Shown here piece after piece: positions 1-9,950 of a stretch of 64,000 nt of DNA. The stretch is taken from NCBI GenBank assembly GCA_041605955.1, contig JBFIXI010000006.1, positions 26,853 to 90,852 of the forward strand, written 5' to 3'. The notes beneath the pieces were generated by a model. It was not told where the DNA came from. It ran no database searches and saw only the letters and a program-made list of their open reading frames with translations. The translations under genes were made by a program, and so were the position numbers. This DNA is from Acidimicrobiia bacterium (GTDB lineage Bacteria > Actinomycetota > Acidimicrobiia > Spongiisociales > UBA5794). Every line of letters starts with the position of its first letter. Within the stretch, counting starts at the first letter, position 1.

Positions 1-16
1 GCGAGGAGGCTTGGCA

Positions 17-1267
17 ATGACGACGGTGCGGCACATCGGCTTGTCGTTGGGGGCGGACCTGTGTTGGCCCGCCTTCTATGAAGACATCCTGGCAACACTC
101 GACCCGAAGTTGGGGCATCGGGGCGAGGAGGTCCGAGTGGCCGTGGAGCGTGTGACGATCGAGCCGTTCGCGCTGCGGGCGCCCGTCAAGTACGACGTGC
201 TGCTGGATCGCCTCACTCACTGGTACCACACAAGCCGGGAGTGGATCAAAAAAGCGATCATCATGAACGGGACCTACGTGCTCAACAACCCGTTCACCTT
301 GCAGTCGATGGAGAAGCACACCTCGTACGTGGCAATGATGCGCCTGGGCATGCCGATTCCCGAGACGTGGATGCTCCCACCCAAGAGCTACGAGCAGACC
401 GCCGACTTGGAGGTCACGCTCGCAACGTACGCTCAGATGTTCGATCTGAAGGCGGTGGGCGACTCGGTGGGTTATCCGGCCTTCCTCAAGCCCTACGACG
501 GCGGCGCTTGGGTCGGGGTGTCGCAGGTCGGCAACGCAGTTGAGCTGCAGCAGGCCTACGACGGTTCGGGGACCCGACTGATGCATCTGCAGAAGGCGGT
601 CGACCCGTTCGACCTGTTCGTGAGAGCGCTCGCCGTGGGGCCGCAGGTGAACGTGATTCGGTACGACCCGGGGGCGCCCCTTCACGATCGTTACAAAGTC
701 GACTTCGGTTTCGTCGATGCAGTCGAGCAGCGCACGCTCGAGGACATGGTGCTCACCATCAACACCTTCTTCGGGTGGGACTTCAACTCGTGCGAGTCGC
801 TGCGGCGCGAGGGGGTGTTTCATCCGATCGACTTCGCCAACCCGTGTCCCGACTCACAGGTCACTTCGCTGCACTATCACATCCCTTGGCTGGTGAAGGC
901 GAAGATCCGCTGGTCGCTGTTCTGTGCGGTCACCCAGCGACCGATGCGGCTGACCCCGGAGTGGGACGAGTTCTTTGCCATCGCAGCGGAGGACATGCCT
1001 TATCCCGACAAGCTGGCCGCCTACGGGGCGGTAGCGCGGCGCCGGCTCGATACGGACGAGTTCGCGGCGTTCTGCGATGAGTACTTGGGGGCGCTCGACG
1101 AGGTGACCTACGAGTACTTCGGGCGGGATCGGGCCCGCGCCATCGTGCGCAACAAGGTGGCGGCCCTGTTTCCCGAGCACGAGGTGGATCGGTTCACGGA
1201 TCACTTCTGGGGGCTAATCCAATTCTGGCGCCACACGGAGGCTAACCGGATCGGGATCGCTCGATGA
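17..1267 (+). CDS. ATP-grasp-like domain protein (putative ligase), function unknown
   Basis: GAGGAGG RBS at 4-10 then ATG at 17. Motif YPAFLKPYDGGAWVGV resembles the ATP-grasp phosphate-binding loop, with a later HPIDFANPCP Mg-site-like motif. Confidence 0.5.
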   Translation: MTTVRHIGLSLGADLCWPAFYEDILATLDPKLGHRGEEVRVAVERVTIEPFALRAPVKYDVLLDRLTHWYHTSREWIKKAIIMNGTYVLNNPFTLQSMEKHTSYVAMMRLGMPIPETWMLPPKSYEQTADLEVTLATYAQMFDLKAVGDSVGYPAFLKPYDGGAWVGVSQVGNAVELQQAYDGSGTRLMHLQKAVDPFDLFVRALAVGPQVNVIRYDPGAPLHDRYKVDFGFVDAVEQRTLEDMVLTINTFFGWDFNSCESLRREGVFHPIDFANPCPDSQVTSLHYHIPWLVKAKIRWSLFCAVTQRPMRLTPEWDEFFAIAAEDMPYPDKLAAYGAVARRRLDTDEFAAFCDEYLGALDEVTYEYFGRDRARAIVRNKVAALFPEHEVDRFTDHFWGLIQFWRHTEANRIGIAR

Positions 1268-1283
1268 GGACGGTCGAGGAGCG

Positions 1284-2009
1284 GTGAAGACAGTCGAAGA
1301 GTGGCACTCGGCGCGTACCCAGCGCACAGTGCGACTGGTGCGTTGGGGCGACTTCGGCACTCCCGTGCTGCTGTTTCCCACCGCCGGGGGAGATGCCGAG
1401 GAAGTGGAGCGCTTCGGGCTGGTCGGCGCGCTGGCCGGGCTCATGGCGGCGGGCCGCATCAAGGTCTACTCGATCGACTCGGTGGCGGGCCGCTCGTGGC
1501 TCGACAAGGACGACCCGCGTCACTCCATGTGGTTGCAGGGCCGGTTCGACTCTGCGATCCGCCAGGAGGTGGTTCCGGCGATTCGGGCCGACTGTCGACG
1601 CGATTCGATCGAGATCGTGACCTGCGGCGCATCCATCGGTGCCTTCAATGCCGTCGCCTCGATATGCCGGCATCCGGACGCCTTCCGGGTGGCCATCGGG
1701 ATGAGCGGAACCTACGACCTGTCCCCATGGTTGCAGGGGCACTGGAGCGAGGACTTCTACTTCGCTTCGCCGCTCCACTGGCTGCCGGATCATCCCGAGG
1801 ACGATCACCTGGCGCTGCTCCGAAACCGGTTCATCGTGCTGGCGACCGGGCAAGGCAGGTGGGAGGAGCCGGGGGAGACATGGAAGATGGCCCACGCGCT
1901 CGGTAGGCGCAACATCCCCAACCGCGTTGATCTGTGGTCACAGGGCCATGACCACGATTGGCCCACCTGGCGCCAAATGCTGCCGCTGTATCTCGACGAC
2001 CTGGCATAG
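1284..2009 (+). CDS. putative esterase / alpha-beta hydrolase (esterase-D-like)
   Basis: GTG start 17 nt after the upstream stop. GASIGAF nucleophile elbow (GxSxG), 241 aa. Confidence 0.55.
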   Translation: MKTVEEWHSARTQRTVRLVRWGDFGTPVLLFPTAGGDAEEVERFGLVGALAGLMAAGRIKVYSIDSVAGRSWLDKDDPRHSMWLQGRFDSAIRQEVVPAIRADCRRDSIEIVTCGASIGAFNAVASICRHPDAFRVAIGMSGTYDLSPWLQGHWSEDFYFASPLHWLPDHPEDDHLALLRNRFIVLATGQGRWEEPGETWKMAHALGRRNIPNRVDLWSQGHDHDWPTWRQMLPLYLDDLA

Positions 2010-2091
2010 CTGGGAGCCCAGGTGGTGGGCTCTTCCCCGGTGAGCCGTCGAGCTTGACGATCGACCCGGTGGGCCGCAGGCTGCGGGCAAG

Positions 2092-2760
2092 ATGGCGACC
2101 GCCCGGACCGATCCACCGCAAGACCCCGCCGGCAAGGCATCAGACCGCGCCGGTCTGCAGCGGCGTGCCCTCCGACTCGAGTACGCAACCATTGCGTGGA
2201 ACGTCGGCGAGGCGGTCTTGACGATCACTCTCGGGGTGTTGGCCGGATCGCTGGCGCTGATCGGCTTCGGGACGGATTCGATCATCGAGCTGTTCGCATC
2301 TTCCGTCGTGGTGTGGCACCTAGCCCCACGTCATGCCGTCGACCGGCCGGAGCGCACCCGGCGGGCGCTGCGGCTCGTGGCGGTCGCCTTCGCCGCCCTG
2401 GCCGTCGTGTTGATGCTCGTCAGCGTCCGTGACCTGGTGGTGGGACGCCGTCCCGGAGAGTCGCTGTTCGGCATCGTCTATTTGGCGGCCACGGCTGTCG
2501 TCATGTTCGGCCTGGCCGTCGCCAAGCGCCGTACCGCCGATCGACTCGACTCCGCACCGTTGCGCTCGGAGGCGGCGGTGACCCTCCTCGATGGGGCGTT
2601 GGCTGCTGCAACGATGATCGGTCTGACCATGAACTCCTGGCTGGAATGGTGGTGGGCCGATCCGGCCGCCGCCCTCGTGGTCGGCGTGGCCGCGGCCACC
2701 GAGGCCCGGGAGACCTGGCGGGAGGCCGCCGCAATCGGTGTGCCGACCCGCCGGCCGTGA
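2092..2760 (+). CDS. cation-efflux (CDF) family-like small membrane protein
   Basis: Multiple TM helices. N-terminal EYATIAWNVGEAVLTITLGVLAGSLALIGFGTDS resembles the CDF TM1-2 region. Confidence 0.4.
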   Translation: MATARTDPPQDPAGKASDRAGLQRRALRLEYATIAWNVGEAVLTITLGVLAGSLALIGFGTDSIIELFASSVVVWHLAPRHAVDRPERTRRALRLVAVAFAALAVVLMLVSVRDLVVGRRPGESLFGIVYLAATAVVMFGLAVAKRRTADRLDSAPLRSEAAVTLLDGALAAATMIGLTMNSWLEWWWADPAAALVVGVAAATEARETWREAAAIGVPTRRP

Positions 2761-2790
2761 GCGCGCGGGGCTACCACCTGCGCCCGCTCG

Positions 2791-3747
2791 CTATCCGCGG
2801 CGCCGCCGAATCTCCTCTGTGATCGCGGGGACCACCTCGTGGAGGTTGGCGATCACCGCGTAGTCTGCCTTGGTGACCATGGGAGCGTCGGGGTCGGTGT
2901 TGATGGCGATGACGTTCTTGCTTGCCATCATGCCCACCCAGTGTTGGATGGCGCCGGAGATGCCGCAGGCGATGTAGACCTCCGGGGCGATCACGGTGCC
3001 CGTCTGGCCGACCTGAAACTTGTGGTTCTTCCAGCCGTTGTTGGTGACCACCCGGGAGCAGCCGACGGCGCCGCCGAGCAGCTCGGCGAGCTCCTCGAGC
3101 GGGGCGAATGCCTCGGCGCTGCCCACGCCGCGGCCGCCACTCACGACGACCGGCGCAGTGGCGAGAGTGATGCCCTCCTCGGTCGTGACGCGATCGACGA
3201 TACGGGTCACGGCGGCGTCGTCCCCGAGCGATGGCACGAACTCGACGACCCTTCCGCCGCCGGCGGCGGGAGTCGCCTCCGTGGAGTGCGGAGCGATCGT
3301 CACCAGCTTCACCGCAGCTTCGAGGCGGGCCCGTTCGTGCAGGCTGCCGCCCCAGCGGACCCGAGTCATCTCCCAGGCGTCGCCCGACGCGTCGATCTCG
3401 AGGCAGTTGGCGACCAACGGCAAATCCATCACCGCGGCGACGTGTGCCATGACCTCGGCGCCCCGGTCGGTGCCGACGCCGATCACTGCAGTGGCGCCAA
3501 CCGACTTCGCCAGCTCGGCCACTGCGTCACCCCAGGCGGCCGGGGCATAGTCGGACAGCTGATCGTGGTGAATCTGATGTACTGCTGCGGCGCCGTGCTC
3601 AAAGAGCTTGTCGGCTAGCCCGTCTCCGCCGGCGCCGACCGTGACCGCGGCCACCCCGGAATCGATCGCTCGCGCCGCCGTCAAGCCCTCGAGTGCCGTC
3701 TCGGTGATCTCACCGCGATCGTGGTCGACGAGGTAGAGCGTGCTCAT
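2791..3747 (-). CDS. etfA: electron transfer flavoprotein alpha subunit
   Basis: Full-length EtfA/FixB-like sequence with an FAD-binding C-terminal region (VYIACGISGAIQHWVGM). Shares a 4-bp overlap with etfB. Confidence 0.9.
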   Translation of the reverse strand: MSTLYLVDHDRGEITETALEGLTAARAIDSGVAAVTVGAGGDGLADKLFEHGAAAVHQIHHDQLSDYAPAAWGDAVAELAKSVGATAVIGVGTDRGAEVMAHVAAVMDLPLVANCLEIDASGDAWEMTRVRWGGSLHERARLEAAVKLVTIAPHSTEATPAAGGGRVVEFVPSLGDDAAVTRIVDRVTTEEGITLATAPVVVSGGRGVGSAEAFAPLEELAELLGGAVGCSRVVTNNGWKNHKFQVGQTGTVIAPEVYIACGISGAIQHWVGMMASKNVIAINTDPDAPMVTKADYAVIANLHEVVPAITEEIRRRRG

Positions 3748-4508
3748 ACGACACCTATCCTCTCCAGCACGTCGACCACTGCGGGAGCGGCGTCGGCACC
3801 GTGGCCGAGGATCTCGGTCGGTGTCTCCTGCGACGGCGGGGCGACGAGCGTCACCATCGACTGCCCGCCCCGCTCCGCCGTGGCCTCCATGACCTTGATC
3901 TCGACCTTCTTGGCGCCGAGGCGGCCTTTGAGCGTCGGATAGCGGGGGAGGTTGATGCCCTCCTTGATGCCCAGCACCGCCGGCAGCGGAAGCTGGTATA
4001 CCTCTGAGCCGGTCGGAGTGTCGCGGCGAGCGGTCACCTCGTCATCGGCAACGTCGACGCCCTTGATACCGGACACCATCGGGCGGCCCAGCGCCCGGGC
4101 GACGCGGACGCCGACCTGGTAGCCGCCGCTGTCGGCCGACTCGTTGCCGAAGAAGATCAGGTCGAAGGTGCCGGCGTCGGCCTCGAGCTCCTGGATGGCA
4201 TTGGTCAACGCCCGGGCCGTGGCCATCGGGTCCCAGTCGGAGCCATCGGTCGTCAGCAGCACCGCCTCGTTCATCCCGACGGAGATGGCGGTGCGCAGCT
4301 GCTCCTCGGCCGCGGCGGGACCAAGCGTCATCACAGTCGACGAGCCGCCGTGTTTCTCGATCTGCTGGATGGCTTCCTCGGCGGCGCACTCCTCGTGGGG
4401 AGACACTGCGAAGCCGAGCATGTTGGTATCGATGTCTTGACCGTCGGAAGTCACGACGATCTTGGCGCCCGGCGCAGGTACCCGCTTGACGCAGGTGAGG
4501 ATCCTCAC
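3744..4508 (-). CDS. etfB: electron transfer flavoprotein beta subunit
   Basis: EtfB/FixA-like (MRILTCVKRVP, DLIFFGNESAD). Translationally coupled to the flanking genes. Confidence 0.9.
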   Translation of the reverse strand: MRILTCVKRVPAPGAKIVVTSDGQDIDTNMLGFAVSPHEECAAEEAIQQIEKHGGSSTVMTLGPAAAEEQLRTAISVGMNEAVLLTTDGSDWDPMATARALTNAIQELEADAGTFDLIFFGNESADSGGYQVGVRVARALGRPMVSGIKGVDVADDEVTARRDTPTGSEVYQLPLPAVLGIKEGINLPRYPTLKGRLGAKKVEIKVMEATAERGGQSMVTLVAPPSQETPTEILGHGADAAPAVVDVLERIGVV

Positions 4509-7018
4509 GCCTTCATCCTGGCATCATCGGGGTCGAACAGTGGCTGCGAGCCCACCCGGGCGACCTTCACCGGGAACAACTCGTTCTGGTACATGACCTG
4601 GAGGTCGGTGCCTTCGACGGCCTGCTCCGGCGGCAGGTAGGCCAGCAGCAGGTACTTGCCCACGGAGGGCCCCATTCCGGCGGAGGTGACCCGCGACACG
4701 CGGCCGTGAGAGTCGAGGATGCGCTCGCCGTCGAGCGTCAGGATCGGCTCGTTGCCTCCCATCATGTGACGAGCCACGCCCGAGGTGGACCTATGGCTCT
4801 CGACGGTCAGGGTGCACATGTGGGCCGCCGGGTCCTCGGCGCGGGCCTTCATATAGGCCTCCTTGCCGATGAAGTCGGCGTCCTTGACTCGGGGCCGGGC
4901 CAGGCCGGCCTCGACCGGGTTGTACTCGGACTCCAGCTCGGCGCCCATGAGCCGGTAGCCCTTCTCGAGGCGGCCGCTCGTGCCGTACACCCCGGCGCCC
5001 ACCGGGATGACACCGAACTCCTGTCCGGCCCCCCACAGCGCGTCCCACAAGGCCGGGCCGTTGGCCATGTCAGCGGTGATCTCCCACCCGAGCTCGCCGA
5101 CGTACGAGATGCGCAGCATCGTGACCGGGATCCCGCCGATGTTCATCCGGCGCACCCGCCCGTACGGAAAGCCCTCGTTGGAGACGTCGCCGTCCGCGAT
5201 CATCTCGACCAACCGCCGGGCGTTGGGGCCCCACACCCCGATCGTGCACAGGTCCATGGTCTTGTCCTCGAACGTCACCGAGCCGTCGGCGGGGAGCCAC
5301 TTGCGGAACCAGTACTTGTCGCGGGGCCCGTCGAAGCCGCCGGTGATGACTCGGTAGTGGTCGTCGCCGAGGCGGAGCACGGTGAGGTCGGAACGGAAGC
5401 CGCCCCGCTCGTTGAGCAGCGGCGTGTAGATGCCGCTGCCGACGGGCCGGTCGACCTGGTTGACCGTCATGTAGTTCATGTAGTCGACGACGCCGGCACC
5501 GGTGAAGTCGAAGATGGCGAATGCGGTCAGGTCGACCATTCCGGCGCTGTCGCGCAGCGCCAGGTGCTCGGCATTCTGGATCGGCGACCACCACCGGTAG
5601 TCCCACTCGTGCTCCCGGGGTGCCGGCAGCTCGTTGGCGTACTTGTCGAGGAGGCCCTTGTTCGACTCGTACCAGTGGGGCCGTTCCCAAATGCCGGCCT
5701 CGAAGTAGACCGCGCCGAGCGCTGCGGTGCGGTCGTGCAGCGATGACTTGAACAGATCGCGCCGGCTCTCCCACTGCTCGCGAGGGTGGACGATGCCGTA
5801 CGTCTTGTTGAAGTGCTCGGTGCATCTGGCGAGGATGTGCTCCTCGGTGCGCTGCGGGTCGTAGAAGCGGGCCACGTCGGAGGCGTGCGGGTCGATCTCG
5901 GGATAGCCGTGAGTCATCCACTCGGCCAACGCCCTGCCGGTTCCGGGGCCCTCCTTGATCCAGATGGCGGCGCACGACCACAGGTTCTTCACCTCGACAC
6001 TCTCGCCGACCAGCGGCATGGCGTCGGGCGTCAGCGACAGCAGGCCGTTGATGCCGTACTTCATCTCGGCGTCGCCTAGGAACGGCATCAACTCGATGGC
6101 CTGCTCCAGCTGCGGGTCGAAGTCGTCCTGAGTCAGCGGCAGCTCCGTAGGGGACAGGCGCGACTCCTCGATCGATGGGATCGTGTCGGGGTGGTGGAAG
6201 ATCGGGCGATGGGCGTACGAGCCGACCTCCATCGAGCCCCCTGTCTGGCGCTCGTAACAAAAGGTGTCCATGTCGCGGACGATCGGAAAGCCGATCTCGC
6301 TGTTGGTGGCCTGCAGCTCGTCGAGCGGCCCGACGTCGATCATCTGATGCACCGCCGGCGTCAACGGAATCGTGGCGCCGGCCATCTGGGCGAGGCGAGG
6401 GCTCCACACCCCACAGGCGACGACGACGTGCTCGGTCTCGACCCGTCCCTTGTCGGTCACCACTGCGGCGACCTTGCCGTCCTCCACCTCGATGTCGAGC
6501 ACCTCGGTGACGGGGGCAACCGTCAGCGCTCCTTTATCCATGGCGTACTGGCGCATCAACGTGCCGGCTTGGAGGGAGTCGACGACCGAGACGCTGGGCG
6601 TATACCACCCGCCGAGGATGACGGTATCGTCGATGAACGGCACGTGCTCCTTGACTTCGGCCGGCGTCAACAGCTGCGACTCGATTCCCCACGCCGTGGC
6701 CGAGGTCATGCGGCGCTTGAACTCCTCCATACGCTCCTCGGTGCGGGCGACTTCGATTCCACCGGAGACGGTGCTGACCCCCATCTCCTCGTACTGGTGC
6801 TGCGAGTCCAGCGTCAGCATGGCCATCTCTTTGTTGTGGTCGACCGGGAAGATGAAGTTGGAGGCGTGACCGGTGGAGCCCCCCGGGTTGGGGAGCGGGC
6901 CCTTGTCGATCTGAAGCATGTCCGACCAGCCGAGGGCGGCGAGATGCTTGACCACCGAATTGCCGACGATACCGGCGCCGATCACGACCACTTTCGCGCT
7001 GCTGGGGAGCTCGCTCAC
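4505..7018 (-). CDS. dimethylglycine/sarcosine dehydrogenase family flavoprotein (FAD DAO domain plus GcvT-like aminomethyltransferase/folate-binding domain)
   Basis: N-terminal KVVVIGAGIVG FAD fold and a C-terminal GCV_T-like domain. The track ORF runs to 7108, but a GTG at 7018 has an AAGGA RBS and sits just before the Rossmann motif, so it is the preferred start. Confidence 0.85.
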   Translation of the reverse strand: MSELPSSAKVVVIGAGIVGNSVVKHLAALGWSDMLQIDKGPLPNPGGSTGHASNFIFPVDHNKEMAMLTLDSQHQYEEMGVSTVSGGIEVARTEERMEEFKRRMTSATAWGIESQLLTPAEVKEHVPFIDDTVILGGWYTPSVSVVDSLQAGTLMRQYAMDKGALTVAPVTEVLDIEVEDGKVAAVVTDKGRVETEHVVVACGVWSPRLAQMAGATIPLTPAVHQMIDVGPLDELQATNSEIGFPIVRDMDTFCYERQTGGSMEVGSYAHRPIFHHPDTIPSIEESRLSPTELPLTQDDFDPQLEQAIELMPFLGDAEMKYGINGLLSLTPDAMPLVGESVEVKNLWSCAAIWIKEGPGTGRALAEWMTHGYPEIDPHASDVARFYDPQRTEEHILARCTEHFNKTYGIVHPREQWESRRDLFKSSLHDRTAALGAVYFEAGIWERPHWYESNKGLLDKYANELPAPREHEWDYRWWSPIQNAEHLALRDSAGMVDLTAFAIFDFTGAGVVDYMNYMTVNQVDRPVGSGIYTPLLNERGGFRSDLTVLRLGDDHYRVITGGFDGPRDKYWFRKWLPADGSVTFEDKTMDLCTIGVWGPNARRLVEMIADGDVSNEGFPYGRVRRMNIGGIPVTMLRISYVGELGWEITADMANGPALWDALWGAGQEFGVIPVGAGVYGTSGRLEKGYRLMGAELESEYNPVEAGLARPRVKDADFIGKEAYMKARAEDPAAHMCTLTVESHRSTSGVARHMMGGNEPILTLDGERILDSHGRVSRVTSAGMGPSVGKYLLLAYLPPEQAVEGTDLQVMYQNELFPVKVARVGSQPLFDPDDARMKA

Positions 7019-7268
7019 GGTTGTCCTTTCGAGTTGTGGTGCTCGCGCTCGGGGTACTTCAAGCACGTCCACGGGAGGGCCTCGTGCCGCCTGGCGGAAC
7101 AGGCTCACATAGTGGGACGAGATTAACCGTTGGGGCGCGATCGTGTCCAGCCGTAACCCGTTGCACTGCAGAGGCTACCCGGCGTTGACGACGTGCGCTC
7201 GGCACGACCGAGATCGCCCCATCTGAGCTGTGGACAGCGCCCCGGTGCGTGCTGTATTGTTCCGCTAT

Positions 7269-7301
7269 GCAGCACTGTTCCGCATTGTGGGAACGTGCTG
7301 C
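7269..7301. promoter_or_regulatory. nested inverted repeat GCAGCAC-TGTTCCGCATTGTGGGAAC-GTGCTGC in the divergent control region
   Basis: Perfect 7-bp outer arms enclose an inner GTTCC-N8-GGAAC. Further GCGGAAC/GTTCCGC copies lie at about 7094, 7258 and 7333. Confidence 0.45.
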
Positions 7302-7372
7302 GTAGCCGCGTCACATCGTCTGCGGGCGGTGGCGGAACGCTCCCATGCGCCATCGATAACGAGCAGGTGGAA

Positions 7373-8074
<702 letters not shown>

Positions 8075-8086
8075 AATGGTCGACCG

Positions 8087-8719
8087 GTGATATCCGGACA
8101 CGGATCGTCGCCGCCGCGGGTGTTGATTCTGGCGTGCGGGGCCTTGGCGAAGGAGATCCGCGACCTAGTGGCCGCCAACCGATGGGGCCACGTCGACCTC
8201 GAGTGCCTCCCGGCTCGGCTCCACAACACGCCCCGGGACATCCCCGCTGCCGTCGCCCACCGCTTGGAGCGAGCAGGCGATCGCTACGACCGCATCATGG
8301 TCGGCTACGCCGACTGCGGCACGGGCGGCTTGCTGGATCCCGTGATAGCCCGGTTCGGGGCGGAACGGCTTCCCGGAGCCCATTGTTACGAGTTCTACGC
8401 CGGCCGGGACGTCTTCGCCGAGCTCCACCAAGAGGAGCTAGGCACGTTCTATCTCACGGACTTTCTGGTCAAGCACTTCGACCGGATGGTGTGGAACACT
8501 TTGGGGCTCGATCAGCATCCGGAGCTGCGGGACACCTACTTCGCCAACTATCGACGGCTCGTCTATCTGGCCCAGACTGACGATCCCACCCTCGCCGCGC
8601 GAGCAGCCGCGCAAGCAGACCGCCTGGGGCTCCGCTTCGAGCATCGGCCGGTGGGATACGGCGAGATGGAGATCGAGCTTGCCCGGTTTGCCGCCGGTCG
8701 TCCCCAGGAGGCGGCGTGA
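8087..8719 (+). CDS. DUF1638 domain protein
   Basis: Recalled DUF1638 N-terminal signature (VLILACGALAKE). GTG start. The stop overlaps the next gene's start (ATGA). Confidence 0.6.
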   Translation: MISGHGSSPPRVLILACGALAKEIRDLVAANRWGHVDLECLPARLHNTPRDIPAAVAHRLERAGDRYDRIMVGYADCGTGGLLDPVIARFGAERLPGAHCYEFYAGRDVFAELHQEELGTFYLTDFLVKHFDRMVWNTLGLDQHPELRDTYFANYRRLVYLAQTDDPTLAARAAAQADRLGLRFEHRPVGYGEMEIELARFAAGRPQEAA

Positions 8720-9018
8720 ATGCCCACGTGACCATCATCATGTGGCGGGACATGCCGGCTCAGGTGGTTGCCAAGAAGGGCCGGGTGACCCACAAGATCG
8801 AATTGGCGCCGCGGTTCCAGCAGGCCATCGATCGGGCGGCGATGCGGGCCGGGTCGATCGGCAGCGACGAGTACCTCGAGGACTGGCGGCGCGAGTCCCG
8901 GCCATGCGGCGACGACCTCGAGACAGAAGCTGCTGCCGAAGCCGCCAGGATCGATGCGCAGTTCCCCCTCGACGTCTTGAACGAGTACGTGATCAACAAC
9001 GGATATCGGAGCACCTGA
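8716..9018 (+). CDS. small hypothetical protein (100 aa) co-transcribed within the methyltransferase operon
   Basis: ATGA start overlap with the upstream gene, so the two are translationally coupled. No recognisable catalytic motif. Confidence 0.45.
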   Translation: MNAHVTIIMWRDMPAQVVAKKGRVTHKIELAPRFQQAIDRAAMRAGSIGSDEYLEDWRRESRPCGDDLETEAAAEAARIDAQFPLDVLNEYVINNGYRST

Positions 9019-9041
9019 GCCGCCCCGATCAAGGAGACCAG

Positions 9042-9950
9042 ATGACCGACACAGTTGTCAGCTCGGCAACCCGCGAGGTGGTGATCGGGTTCGAGCGCCC
9101 GTTCGTCATCATCGGAGAGCGGATCAATCCGACCGGGCGCAAGATGCTTGCCGCCGAGATGAAGGCCGGCGACTACAGCCGGGTCGAGGCCGACGCCCTG
9201 GCGCAGGTGGCCGCCGGCGCCCACATGCTCGACGTCAACGCCGGCATCCCGCTGGCGGATGAGCCGGCGATCTTGGCGGAGACCGTTCAGCTCGTGCAGG
9301 CGCTCGTCGACGTGCCGCTGTCGATCGACTCGTCGATCGTCGAAGCGCTGCAAGCCGGCCTCGAGGTGTACGAGGGCAAAGCTCTCGTCAACTCGGTTAC
9401 CGGCGAGGACGAGCAAATGGAGCGAGTGCTCCCGCTGGTTGCCAAGTACGGGGCCGCAGTCGTTGCGATCACCAACGACGAGACGGGAATCTCCGAAGAT
9501 CCGGACGTCCGCTTCGAGGTGGCTCGCAAGATAGTGAACCGCGCCGCCGACCACGGCATCTCCAAGTCCGACATCGTGGTCGACCCGCTGGTCATGCCGA
9601 TCGGTGCCATGGCCTCGGCCGGCCGGCAGGTGATGAGCTTGGTGCGCCGCCTCCGCGAGGAGCTCGGCGTGAACACCACGTGTGGGGCCTCCAATGTCAG
9701 CTTTGGGCTTCCCAACCGGCACGGCATCAACGCCGCCTTCCTGACCATGGCGATCGCCTCGGGGCTCACATCGGCGATCACCAACCCGCTCGAGAAGGAG
9801 ATCGTGGAAGCGGTCATGGCGGCCGATGTGCTGGCCGGTCACGACGAGAACTGCGCCCGCTGGATCTCCAAGTTCCGTCAGTCGTCTCCTGCAGGCGCGA
9901 CCCGGCGCCGCGGTGCCGGGCGGAGACGGGGAGCGGTGGCGCCGACCTGA
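9042..9950 (+). CDS. methyltetrahydrofolate:corrinoid methyltransferase (pterin-binding, MtrH/MetH-like)
   Basis: AAGGAG RBS. Pterin-binding TIM-barrel signature (FVIIGERINPTG, NSVTGED, CGASNVSFGLPNR). Confidence 0.8.
   Translation: MTDTVVSSATREVVIGFERPFVIIGERINPTGRKMLAAEMKAGDYSRVEADALAQVAAGAHMLDVNAGIPLADEPAILAETVQLVQALVDVPLSIDSSIVEALQAGLEVYEGKALVNSVTGEDEQMERVLPLVAKYGAAVVAITNDETGISEDPDVRFEVARKIVNRAADHGISKSDIVVDPLVMPIGAMASAGRQVMSLVRRLREELGVNTTCGASNVSFGLPNRHGINAAFLTMAIASGLTSAITNPLEKEIVEAVMAADVLAGHDENCARWISKFRQSSPAGATRRRGAGRRRGAVAPT

Noticed and set aside
5070-6407. 445-aa ORF antisense to the dehydrogenase gene. Similar long antisense ORFs occur at 12652-14406, 17687-18796, 35609-36898, 47529-49463 and 55536-56807.
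   Set aside because: These are high-GC frame artefacts. Their proteins are Arg/Pro/Gly-rich low-complexity sequence with no motifs, and each is fully contained within a well-supported gene on the opposite strand.
4505-7108. Track start of the dehydrogenase gene at 7108
   Set aside because: Position 7108 is a GTG with no RBS. The Rossmann GxGxxG lies 40 residues downstream. A GTG at 7018 has an AAGGA RBS and gives the canonical N-terminus.
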